DNA of 64,000 nt from Phoronis australis. Taxonomy: Eukaryota; Animalia; Phoronida. Within the stretch, counting starts at the first letter, position 1. Every line of letters begins with the position of its first letter. The notes beneath the pieces are model-generated. The model had not been told where the DNA came from. It was given only the letters and a program-made list of their open reading frames with translations, and searched no databases. Of this stretch, positions 24,924 to 37,600 are shown one piece after another. A program made the position numbers and the translations under genes. The DNA is taken from positions 119,546-183,545 of the forward strand of contig NMRA01000377.1 of the NCBI GenBank assembly GCA_002633005.1, read 5' to 3'.

Positions 24924-25940
24924 CCGTAGCGGTCTCTGAAGGAGGCCCAAGCACAATTATAAAGGAACAATAGTGTAACGCCCAGAAACGATTTAAGTCG
25001 CCCGTGGGGTGTGTCCTCGGGGCCCTTCGCCACCCCTCCCCCCTATGCCTCACTATACCCAGTGACGGATCTAGGATATCACGAGGGGGGGGGGCCAACA
25101 TTTTGTCCGTCTCTAAGCATTTGCGCAAACCACGATTGTAGATGCGCATAGCACCGAATGGGGGGAGGCCGGGAGGAGGGCAAACCCCCCTTCCGCCCAG
25201 GAAATTTCTCTGTTTTTTCCTCTAAAAATCAAGCATTTTCCTTGATTCCTCAGTGAAGTATTATCAAAGAAAAAAGGCAAAAATAAAACAAGGAGAATGT
25301 GTCAAACAGGAAAAACCGTGTAAACCACAGACTCGAAATCACGACCTCGCGGTTAGAGCGCACGTGCTTTACCACTACACCACTACGACTTCACTACTTA
25401 TGTAGTGCTGCGAGACATACTTGTTTATAGTCCACAGCGTTTGCGCGCGAAACCTACTTCTTTTTGTAATTCTTATTACACGTTTTATATTTTTTGCAAT
25501 CGGTTCTTAACATATTTGTTGTATTTAAAATAGTCTTCAAATGCCCAAAAGACCAAATCCGTTTTTCGTGTTGGCAATAATGACGGGATTGCTTTGGAAA
25601 TCGTCTTAAGTTAAGGTTTGACAAAGAGAGAATTATGAGTTTCTGAGTGATTCACCAATTCACGATTAAAATTCACATCTTACCATCAGTTTCTGTTTTT
25701 TCATTTTCTTTAAAAAATGAAGTAAATTTTCTTCGTTGCACAGTGGAGCAGACGACGGAAACGAAGTCGTAGTGCGCAGCGCCACTGCCGGTCGCCTGGG
25801 ATATCGCGGGAGAGNCCCTAGCGGTCTCTGACGGAGGCCCAAGCACAATTACAAAGGAATAATAGTGTAACGCCCAGAAACGATTTTAGTCACCCGTGGG
25901 GTGTGTCCTCGGGGCCCTTCGCCACCCCTCCCCCCTTATC
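24924..25940. repeat. ~120-bp direct repeat (24924-25045 and 25816-25937); second copy starts at the single N at 25815
   Basis: Near-identical sequence from TAGCGGTCTCTG to GCCACCCCTCCCCCC. Confidence 0.85.
25322..25391 (-). mobile_element. tRNA-derived SINE head or tRNA pseudogene
   Basis: Minus strand has an A-box-like TGGTGTAGTGGT and a B-box-like GATTTCGAGTC at tRNA spacing. The acceptor stem is imperfect. Confidence 0.55.
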
Positions 25941-26135
25941 CACCTATGGTGTGACACCATAGCTGTTTCTTTTTCTTGAAATATTAATAAAAAAATTCCA
26001 TTACTTGGCGATAGTACATTTATGCCTGGTGGTCGCGCACGCCGAAATAATTGGCAACAATGCGTAGCCAATGATGCCGTAAGCTATCATATCGAGACTA
26101 TGCCTCACTATACCGTCACTTTCGGCGCGTAGAAG

Positions 26136-26272
26136 CTACGCTAAAATGTAAAAAGGTGGTTGCTACGATAAAATGTAAAAAGGTGGTTGGCTGCACCTAC
26201 TTGTGCTTACACCCCACTATGCCGTAACTTACGGTGAGTAGGCGCTACGTTAAAAAGCAAAAAGGTGGTTGA
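26136..26272. repeat. 27-bp repeat x3 (two tandem, one nearby)
   Basis: GCTACG(C/A/T)TAAAA(TGT/AGC)AAAAAGGTGGTT at 26136, 26162 and 26244. Confidence 0.7.
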
Positions 26273-28149
26273 CTGTGCCTACACCCCACTACAGCGCTGG
26301 TTTCATCCTCAAAAAACAGATTTTCATATTGTAGACTATTAAGCGTTTACAGTTCTTGAAAGATTTTTCATTCCTCTAGCTACATGTGGTGATTGGAAGA
26401 AGGCTGGTTGTGACGATGACGGCGAGTATTTTCTTGACACCTGGTCCCAGGAAGAGGGTTTAACGAGGTTCAGAGTTGAATGCAAAATGTGAATACACCC
26501 GTGACCCCACTGAAGACACCGAGACCATATTCCACCACGACAGGGAAGAGAAAACAGACGCTGGAAGCTGCGAATGTCATCTATGCTGTGTTTTTCATGT
26601 TCAGTATTCGCACTCCAGCGAACAAATAATGAACGTGATTGAAAATTCTCAGCACTGCACTCAATTCCTTTTGCATGAATGCCATGGCTCTACCATAGGT
26701 GGATTTTACTCTCGTCACGATGGCATTTTGCAAGACTACTGGGCTGGAGCGACACCTGGTAGCGGGAGCTGTGCTTGCGCAATGAACAACACCTGCATGA
26801 ATAATTTACGGTGCAATTGTGAAAATAGTCAAAGTGTGTGGACATCTGACTCTGGATTCATTACAGATAAGACTATCCTTCCTGTTTCAAAATTGGCGTT
26901 TGGAGACTTGGGGGATATTAGTGAAATGGGGTATTTTAAGTGACCTCATAAATGTTATGGCTGAAGAATAACATTAGGTTCACTAATGACACTAAGGGAA
27001 TTAAATTTTGCAACACACTTTTTAGAATTACTACTACTGCAAAAACAACTGCTATTACTGCTACTGCTGCTACTACCAGATACCACCACTACCCCACAAC
27101 TGCTGTGCCACTGATTGTGCAGGACATCCCGACTGAGGTTAACCCACCAGCCTAGCTGTACAGAACGTGTCGACTGACATGGTTAATTACTATAACTAGT
27201 AAGTCACATACAAAGCGCACATGCGTCACTTTCGTGTCAAAAATAATCTAATGCTGGAACCCCGTTGTTGAAACAAAAACTGCGAACAATATTTCGGACG
27301 CAGTCATTGATATGCGACTTTCATCGATATCACCACTAGATCGTCGCAATCGGGAAATCCGAAATTTATCAAGTGATAGCCTTGTCGAAATTGTTCGCAG
27401 CATGACTTATGAATCACCTGTGATTGCTAATGCACTAAGAACAGCCGGAAAACACGTGCTTTCGTAACACCACCAGGTGCGGTTACCAAATCCAGTGCCC
27501 ATTCATTGCGACTTGGCTCCACCCCGACAGGAGAATTGTCGTATTGACCGTTTGTAATACGTTCGAAGAATACGTGGCAAAATGTGTAGGCCTATAGCAT
27601 TTGTCATTTGACAATTTTTAAACCACCCTTTGCCTTTGAAATATGTATTATTAAATGTGCTTAGCACCAGTCTATCGATCGTTTATATCCATAGCTTGCC
27701 GTTTTTGCGAGATACTTCCAAAAACAATCCTGCGGGAATCGATGCGCGAGCTTCAGAGCTACCCAGGTTAAAAGAAAAATCTTTTCTATACTAGCAAACG
27801 CTTCTTGAGCCTACTTCGCTGCAAATTGTACGCAGAGTACTGCGCGGCTCAAATATTGCTTTTCTTTTCCCCTTTACGAACGCCATGTAAATGTACTGGC
27901 CAACGTTGCCAGTGCCGTCTTTCCTGCAAAAAGTATGGAGAGCACTGAGCGGCAATACTGCTTTTCTTTTCCCACATACGAACGCGACGTAAATTTTCAT
28001 TTACACCCAGATGTAGATTTGCGTATGGTGCATGTGTACGTACGGGTGTAAAAATGCTACTTACAATTAAACTGGGCAACAGACATGGTTCTGTTTAACA
28101 GTTATTGTGAGTAACTTACGTAATTGGTTACGAGTCAATTCAGTATCAA

Positions 28150-29460
28150 TATGCAGCTTGTTACTCACGATCACTGTTAAACAGAACCATTTTCTGTTTG
28201 ATGATAACTTTTGTGATCAGATTGACGTAGTAGCCATGGGTTCACCCTTGGGACCAGTGATAGCTAATATTTTCATGTGCAATCTCGAGACTGAGGCTCT
28301 GGCTAGTTGTCCACCGAATTGTAAACCACAATTTTATCTTAGGTCAATGTGGACGATACGTTTGTTGTGTTTTCGTCCAAGAGCTCAGTCAACACCTTTT
28401 TTAATTACACGAGCAATATGCATCCGTCCATCAACTTCACCATTGAATCTGAGCGCGAGTTGTGTTTACCTTTTCTAGATGTCTTGGTTAAACGTGAGAA
28501 TAGCACCATTGTTACATCTGTGTATCGTAAGCCCAGTTTTTCTGGGCTTTATATCTTAAATTTGATGGTTTTGTGCCTAGTATCCAGTACAAGAAAGGTC
28601 TAGTCAATTGCTTGTTACAACGTGCCTGGAGAATCTGCTCCACCAATTTAAATTTTGATGGTGACTTAGCTATGATTTTCCAATTATTGCGTGCCAATGG
28701 TTACCCTCTGAATTTTCTGCGGAATAGCTGTAAAAGGCACTTTCGTTCAAAAATGAATGAGGCAGATAAGGTAGCTGTTATTGGACCCGAGAAAAAGAAA
28801 GTTTTCTTTTCTGTTGGTTACACCGGGCCAAGTAGTATAAAATTGAAACGTCAATTATCTCGCCTTATTCATTGCATAGATCCAGCAGTTGAACTGATAG
28901 TTGTTTTCAAACCCCTTCGGAAACTTTCCAATATGCTGTGTAAACTGAAGTCACCCATCCCGTAATTGAACAAGAGCAATGTTGTGTACAAGGTTGAATG
29001 TGACAACTGTAAGGAATTCTATGTAGGACTCACACAGAGACGCCAGCTGTGACAGGTTGAAAGAACATCAAACCTCAGAGAAAAGTAACATATATAGGCA
29101 TTGTATTAGCTATAATCACCAAGCCAACTCTGTTAGTATTATCTGCAGAGAACCTAATAAGGAGTTACTGTTACATTAAAGAGTCATTGGCCATTCAGAA
29201 CCAGCATGCCACTGATTCTCTGAATAACATGCAGAGCTCAGTGACCCTGCAACTATGGTGATGACCAGCTACTGACTATATTCTATATATCTCTCACTTC
29301 ACTTTATGGATGTTACCGGAGTCGTTTGTTGGCACTTGTTGTCCTAAATTGTTATAAATATGATCCTGATGATGTCTAATGAAAAGATGAAACGTTGAAT
29401 TGAACATGAACTTTTTTATTTGTGTGGCGATCGTCCGGTTTTTAATTTTATTGTGTCCAA
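28150..29460 (+). mobile_element. Decayed, 5'-truncated Penelope-like retroelement (RT C-terminal half + GIY-YIG endonuclease + pLTR remnant)
   Basis: RT motifs AMGSPLGPVIANIFM, (Y)VDDT, IxFTxE, LPFLDVLV, VYRKP and LxxNGYP across three frames. Then SNVVYKVECDNCKEFYVG.T (GIY-YIG) after a stop at 28963. A CTGATGA...GAAACG motif lies downstream. Confidence 0.85.
29360..29402 (+). ncRNA. Candidate minimal hammerhead ribozyme (degenerate) in the Penelope pLTR
   Basis: CTGATGAT-GTCT-AATGAAA-AGAT-GAAACGTT: both core boxes, a 4-bp stem II with one G-U pair, and a palindromic AACGTT stem III. Stem I pairs poorly. Confidence 0.45.
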
Positions 29461-31699
29461 AAACTGATTTAATTATCTTCTTAAAGATTCAAACTTTGTG
29501 AAACAAGTAAAACACGCAACAGAAGTCACAAAGAGATAGTATGATACCACCCCCCCATTTACGGGAGGGACACCATGCGCACGGACCGCGTGGCTGCACT
29601 AAAAGCGGCCATTTGAACTTCATTGCCTTTGTCACTTTTACGAACCCAAGTTATCACGAGAGTGTGCAGCATAAGGTAAAATTTTGAGAACAGCGTTCAA
29701 ATTGTCAAGACCTGCTTACAAAAAAGGTCACGGCGTTCGTTAAAAAGAATTATCACGATGGTTTGCTAATACGAGTAAAACGACAGCTTGAGAGAAAACT
29801 TGACCAAGTTCATGAGAACGGCCGCGAGCAAGATTGTCCGTCCACCTGCGTTTGACGCGTCTCGACCAATAGACCGACAGAATTCGGAAGTTATTGGGGT
29901 GACGAGCAAGTCATCCTATACTTAGTGTAAAACTGTGTTTTGAACTAAACGGCAATACAACCGCCACTTTACATTCAAAAAGCAAGCCTATCTGGATTTA
30001 GAACACTTACGGCAATAAAATTGGTATCAGCTTGCTCCGGAACTGACAATTTGTTACTCGTTGAGACCATACCGTACTGAAAATGACATGCCTACGAAGC
30101 CAAATTGTTGAGACTGGTCTCAAATAACGACTTGTCGGTTATTTGGAAGCCCCGAGATCATCTCCAATTCGACTAATGAAGCAACAATACACACTTTTTG
30201 GTTTCAACTTTTCAAAAACCCCTTGAGCCCAGATTCGCACCGCATATTGTAACTTTGTATGTGTACTGGCAAACATAAATCAATCAGCGTCTTACCAGTG
30301 GTGTGAATCAACTCATTTTGTGGTTTTATTTTTCGTTTGAATTTTGAAATTTTTGTTCTTAAGCGTGATTCACTACCTAGCCCCACTAGACACCCATCAT
30401 GTCCAGTTAGATCAAAGTAGCTCTCCATTTCACATTTCAGAATTAAAAACTTACGAAATGTTTCTAGCTTAGTTACCTTTTTCTATTGAGGCACACATTT
30501 AATCTGGTGAAAGTTAAGGGAAGAATTTCTTTAATGACCAAAAATAAATTTATTATTATTTAATAACTTCTTGTTTACACCTCTCATACTACAAGCACTT
30601 TTCCCTGACACAAACGCAATGATAGCTTCACTCAACCTCATGTTAAATATCAATACCTGGTAGATAAAAACATGCAGCTGGATAAAAGACTTGTTATTGC
30701 ACAACCAAAAGCAAAGAGACAGGAAATGAGACATCTGCACTGATTCAACCCCACATCAACAAAATGGAATGGTAACCAAATCATTGATAAAACTCAGACT
30801 CGTGTTATTTTAAACGAATAAAAATGAACAGAATAGGACAGACGGGTGTAAATGACCAATAAATATATTAAATACCACTTAAGTAGCTAAATTAAATCGA
30901 AATCCATTGTTTTAAATAAATTTAAAAAAATAAACTGTGGCACATTTCTTTTTTACCTAGAAACAAATTCAAAGGAATGAATACCCAACGCATATATACA
31001 AAGCAATCCGGATTTTAGTTAAAAAATGGTACGTAGTGGCTGAGAAAAATTACGTTACTGGCCACGAATAAAACATACCCTGGACATTTAGAAGACAATA
31101 AGAACTCGCTCCACACTTCCAGGTCGCTCTCACCGCCACCTATTGTATAGCACTGGACACTACATTGCCTTCAGTGTCAAAACTTAACAATAAGGAAAAT
31201 AAACTTTATACTATACATGAATCCAACTCATTAACAAAAATGGCAGTGTAGCATGGAATGTTCACAGTAATTATACAGATTTGTCGATCTGTTGAAGTTG
31301 GTAATTATAACTCAATTTAAATAAAAATCTGTAGGACCTCAAATTAAGATCAAGAAGTTTGTATTGACCCTTGGATTGTAAACAGGGATCAAATATTGCA
31401 TGTTCCTACCATAGTCAAATTTCACTCACATTGCTAAAGAAAGACATAATCCATTAATCTTCCGATACCCTGTCCCAATGTAAGCATTTTTGAATTTTTT
31501 AATTGTGGAGGGTACTACCAACTGCCCCTTTACCAAAAATTTCGAAATTTTGAATTTCAAGTTTTCAAACACCATCTCAGGCATCATCGTCAATATGTTT
31601 TTTCTTCTTCTATTCGTCATCGTCGTCGTCATCATCATCTTCATTGTCATTTTTGTTTGAGTTGTTTTGGTTTTGGCCTTCACCATCCAGTTTGTCCTC

Positions 31700-34600
31700 T
31701 TACAGTGTGTATTCTCTCTGTGTAGAAGTAGCATCTTCGTCCTTATTCTGGTTCCTGCAAGCCAGAATCAACTTTCAAAATAGTAACAGCACAGTGATTT
31801 TACATTAAGTTTTAGGAGTGGTATGCTGTACTTAATTGCTAACAAAACATTAACATTAAAGTGGCTGGAAGCCTGCCTTCCATTACATAAACGTAATTTA
31901 GACCACATAACGTTACAAAGTTGGTCTCACATTGTTCCTGTGAGTAAAATAGTTGCCATGTTTGGGCTTGTAAAGAACTCGCAGCTTGTTATCGCTCAAG
32001 ATCGGGCTCTCTAAGTTGGCTTGTCACGGATCATCTTGAGGAATATCAAATGGCCAGTCCTTTACTTAAGTAAGGAACAACTTGAAACCACTTTTATCGG
32101 TATGAGCTCGATATCAAAATTTAGTTTCTTCGACGTGAAAATGAGTCATTTAAATGTAATCCAATTACCAAGTTTACTGCAAAGGTTCCAAATGCAAGCT
32201 ATGTTCCTCATTCACAATTGATAACACAGCAATATGTCAATACACTGACAATAAATAAAAACATTTTGGGAAGCCTGAATGTGTTGTCACTCTTTCCCAC
32301 AAGGGGGAGTATAGTTCTATATGGACTTGTTCGATCAAGTACAGGTGAACACTTCCCAACTCTTTAGGAGCCAATTCAAAACTAACCGACCCACCCCAGT
32401 AGTTAAACACAGACCAGACCCACATAACCGCATTACATTAAGATGACGGGCAACTTCAAAATTAGTGTTGATTTGTCTCGCAAAAATTTAGTTTATTTTA
32501 CAAACAAGACCTGGTGCTAATAGTCATAACGCTTTTTTCCACTATGCCAGATCAAGTTCAACCACAATGGGGAACTCCAAATTCACTAGGTGTCTCAAGT
32601 GAAGAAGGTGACGTAAATCACACAAATACCTCCATGCTGATGAACTGCTTTCTCAAGCTATTCACGTGTCAGAAAGAACAATCTTAGCTTATTAGCGCCA
32701 CCTAGAGAACACTGAGTTGCCTATTCATTCCATGAAAACTTACTGATCATAATTAAAGATGTATTCTGTCTTGGTCTCCTCAGATTTGCCATCATCACCT
32801 TCAGTATCACCATTGGTATTTGATTGGCTATTGTCTGTTATCTCCTTGACGATGACCTTTTCAGGGAACCAATCGGATCCTGGACCACTTTCAGCATGAC
32901 CAATGGCTACTTTCATTAGGGCACCAAGGTCGACAGCCTCAACAGTAAAAGTATCAACCTAAAGTAAAAAAAAAACAAAAATAACAATCACTATAATTTC
33001 TGGAATTATAATTACAGATACAATTAGTTAATTACGTAACATCTAAGTCGAAAAAGAACAAATTGTATTGAAGAATACATTTTTGAAAAATCTAACTGTT
33101 GATTTTGAGAGCAAATTAGCTTCCAAACAAAGTTAGCACCTATTCAAGCCTCTGTGAACACCATTTACTATGAAAAACATCCCCTAAAGTTGTTTAACTG
33201 TAAGACCCATAAACACTATTTGACAACAAGCTTATATTAGCTGCCATAGTGCAGTGAACACGTATTGTTTCTTGATGAAGTCTATGTTAGACCATTTTTA
33301 TTCTCACAACTTCAAGCCCATGTTTACATCTTGATGAAATGGGTTGGGGACCTGAGGAAATGGGCAGCACTGGCCACCAAAACATGGATTTTTAAGGTTT
33401 GGAAGGGTTAACTATTCCCAATAGTGGCTTAGAATTTTGGACATGTAAGGTCAGTGACTGTCACTTCTTTGTGAACCATGCTTGTAGTCATACAACTGTC
33501 CAGCTGGCTTTTGAAAGTAAACACAGCTTAACAACAGGTTTATGGTTCTGGCTCAGAGGATAATTGTTTTATTACTCCCTATGTGTTTTGAATAGCCAAG
33601 CCCCAGATGTACCTCAAAAGTGCCATCTAGATTAGACTGTGCAATGCTCATTATGTTCCCACTCATTTTTTCCCATTTTAAAGACCATGTTGAGTTCTAC
33701 TTTGGTGTGATGTGATACTAATGCTCAGATGCATGACATCAATCAACATTGTCTGTATTATGCTTTTTTGTTAAACGAATATTTCATTTTTACAATAATT
33801 ATTGAAAAAAACGGTTCTTTTCTGTGACTGGAATAAACTGATACACAACTATTATGAGGCCAGTCGCACAAGGGGAATCGAAGTTAATTATATTTTGTAT
33901 TTAGAACTAAGCCATGCAGGAGTCTTAAAAATATAAATACGATGCTCCTTGTCTTCAGGATAAAACTAGGGGCCCTCTTGGAATGCAGTGCTATCACTGA
34001 AAAGGCCACCCTCATTTTAAATATCACAATAACTAAATAAATAATAAACATAAAATCATCTGCGTAGTCATGTCTATTTGATAAGACGGGGATATTAAGA
34101 ATTACACATTCAATATTTCCATTTGATTCAAAGACTTGCCTTTCCAGATTCAAACTTGTTCCCCTCTTGACTTTTGAGCAGTCCCCTTCGACCAGAGTCA
34201 CCTTTATCGCCATGAAGAACAGCATAAACACTGGTAGCAGAGCTGTCACCAGGATTTGCACCAGAATGTATCTCCACTAAATACTTGGTAACTGAAAAAC
34301 ATGGAATAAAAGAAAAATTAATAAATACATGAATATCCAAAATTAATTTAACTTACACATGTGCCATGTGCTCTGCTGTTCTAAGCCTTGTAGTACCATG
34401 AACCAGATATTAAACAAACAACTGATGCAAATTTTAGCAGGCAAAATCCAGGAATATGGGTTAGTTTCAACATTTATTTTCTTACATCTTCAGCCAAAGG
34501 TCTGACCTGACACCTAAATCATCATGATTATTTTATTCAAATCATATTTATGTAATGTATGTATCACACTTGCATGAAATATAGTTTATGATTGTTGTGT

Positions 34601-37600
34601 TTATGTCTTTCCAGGCCATCACCTGCTTGTGGGTAGATACTTTATACTGCATTGTATTTTGTATGATATGAATTCACATGAGACTTAATGATAAATGACA
34701 AGTCACAGTCCTTCATAGCACCATCCACGGAAAACCTCTGCCATTGCTAGTGATAAGAAACCATCATAATTAATGTGATTGATGATGAAACATGAATTAA
34801 AAATTATATCAACCAATAATAGTCTTGTCAACACAAGAATGCGCATACAAATGGTTGATGAGATTCATATAGAAAATCTCTTATCGTGATAACTGCCAGT
34901 GTATACAGCTACCAAAATTTAAGTTCTTCTGACCATTGAGTCAGATATATGTTTTAGGCCACTCAAGACACTTACAGAGGTCATGGACTTTGAGTACCAG
35001 TTTGATACCCATTATTTAGTGGAGGAAATTGGTTCTCAAAGCCTGCAGACCTTGTAACTGAACATTACCATATATACCTGGTGACGCTTCACTATCGGGC
35101 CACACAGCAGGCAATTCCCGCACTGTAGAGCCATCATCCACAGTAGCGTCCAGCCAACGGCTGACAGGAAACATCAGCTCTGCTCCACAGGAAAGGTCAG
35201 TCAGTTTAAGGTGGTCAACATGCCAGCCAGCACCCTCGCCATTGTTGTCGTGTTCTAGACGGATCTTCCTTATCTTTCCAACTGCGCCTGGGTCAAGTTT
35301 GATCTGAAAATTTCAATTATACAAACTGCATTAAGATCTGATGGTTTTAAGCTGACAGAAATCATTTTCAGTAAAAATAATCACAAAATCATGCAAATCG
35401 ATGAACTTCATTTGAAAGTTTCGCTTTCTCCACTGAATAATGGGTTCTCAAAATACAGGACTCCTGTAATTGTCCAGTGCCAAAGACAGAATACTTAACT
35501 TTATCCGAAGATTTCAGTGAAAATTACCATGCATACAGAAGGCACTCGATTGCCCAATTTCCAATTGAGACTATTAATAAACAAATAAAAAGTTTGCAAC
35601 AAGATGTAATCCACAATGGCACAAAGGCACAATTCTTTTGAATAACTTTTTGCTATGGTTAAAATTAGTGTTGTCTTCAGTAATTTTCAGCATATTACAG
35701 TCACTTACACAGAACTCGTCCACAGATCCACTTTCAAACTCGCCACTAGAGGGCGAGCCGAGAGGAATAGCTCCCGAGTCACCGTACTCGCCAAACACAG
35801 TCAGTGACACTTGGGCATCGGTACCGCCATTCTCAACATCTGATGATGTCACAACAGTTACCAGCCATTCACCTTCCTGTGCTCTTAACAACTCCCTTTC
35901 TAATATCACATCTTCGTCAACATTATCCTCGGGTTTCAGACCAAACCAGTTCTTACAAATGAATATGCATTCCATTGAGTTTTCCATCGAGTCATTGATC
36001 AAAACTTTATCTAAAAGCCATTCGTCACAATCCTCTGCAGTTCCCTCAATGCCAACAGTCACACTCTTCACGTCCTCAACATAAACAGACCTCAGTTTAA
36101 AGACATCCATCTGTCCAGCACTAAACTTTGTGGCATTCTGCGATTTTGTCAACATCCGTTTACCAGTAGATCCCATGGAGCCATTGACAGTGATGAACAC
36201 ATCTCTGCCTGTGCTCGCGCGATCTCCTTTACCGGTGAAAACTGACACCTGGTAATCGACAACTGGAAGCACTTCGACCGCTGGCCATATTGCTGGAAAT
36301 TCAAAAATTCCATCACTGTCTGCACTCAAGGACACCTCAAAATCATCGTCGTGAACAAACTCATCGTGTGTGGTTTCATCTCGGAATACTAGTTTATCAA
36401 ATTTCACCACTACTGGCTCGGAATCTTTCTCCGTCTTCTCAACTGATAGCCTCACTTTGAAGACGTCGCCTATTTCAGGATCAACCTTCACATTGTATCT
36501 ACACTCTCTCTTATCAGCAAACACGCTGCTATCACTGGCTTCATCTGCTCGCAGAGGCAGAGGCTCACTCTCAGAGTTGACACCACAAAGAGTCACCGTC
36601 AGTGGAACGCTTACTGGAACCTCCTGCTCCTCTGACAACACTACTTCGATGGACCATACACCATCTGAAAAATTAAACTTCAAATTACACTTAACAGAAA
36701 TTGACCGATTGTGCATATGGTCAAAGCATTACATGAGTATCGATACCGTATTTTTAACAAAATTTATCATTTGTTTTTCCTTTTCAGTGCAAAAGTGCCC
36801 AATTATATAAAAATTCTTCAGGATAATTTATTCGGACGTTTAGTGATGTGTCATGGCCGTCGATGATGTAATTTGGACCCGGAAATAAGAACAGACGTGT
36901 CGTCACACTGGGTCCAAAACACCATAATGACAACAAAATGACATCATGCTAAGCATTCCTATTGCACTGAAAATTGAAGAGAGTTACTGTCATTAGATGA
37001 CCATACATTATGTATTTAGTATACCTTCATGTTCATTGCTTGTATTTGATACCACATAACGAACTGGTCGTCTTTTGTAATACATCATTTTAAAATAACC
37101 TTGGATACAAATTCACCTTTCTATTTAAATGTACACATTAGGAAACTAAAATCGAAACAAAATGCTTAGTTTGCTCAAAACTAATTCCATGACATTAAAT
37201 TTGAGGTCTTTGTAACTGAATAATTTACTCTTACCTGATTTTGCAACATCTGGACACTGGTCAAGGGGTTTCGCCACTTCAGACCTCGTTGTTTTGCTTA
37301 GAGGTATTGCACACTGTGTACCATTGACCTTCAAAGCCTTGTCAAGGTCAAAGACGAAACTCTTGTTTCCGTACTCTCCCTCGGTTACAACTATTTTTGA
37401 TACATTTTGGAGTTCAGCGGATGACTTGTTTAAGGCGAGTTTTCGTAGATTACCCAAAGAGACAGCTTCCAATAAGAATATCTGAAATCAAGAAGAAGGT
37501 ATTAACAAACATCTAGTTCTTCATGCCGAATTTCATGACCCAAACAAAGTTAAAAGATTACTACTTCCAGATGTCAAACTTTGAATTATAACGACACAAA

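Larger units (their letters stand above)
23755..26964 (+). pseudogene. Two-exon secreted protein gene: signal peptide + PAN/Apple domain (exon 23755-24061) and Caspr/neurexin-IV-type fibrinogen-like domain (exon 26380-26964); frameshift at ~26490 and premature TGA at 26941
   Basis: Exon 1: MGNALLFTFLLFHIQVVYS, then CLLMC...CIAVNY....LCEFC, with donor G|GTGGGT. Acceptor TTCCTCTAG joins in phase 1 to ATCGDWKKAG..DGEYFLD...FRVECKM. The +1 frame continues TIFHHD...CTQFLLHEC...YWAGATPGSGSCAC....C....CNC....W..DSGFITDK..LPV....GD, and ends YFK*PHKCYG*. Confidence 0.75.

Noticed and set aside
25322-25391. Functional tRNA gene
   Set aside because: Degenerate B box, poor acceptor stem, and embedded in repeat sequence.
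26941-26943. In-frame TGA as possible selenocysteine
   Set aside because: It aligns to Gly/Leu of the LGPLxC motif rather than Cys, the gene has a separate frameshift, and no SECIS was recognised.
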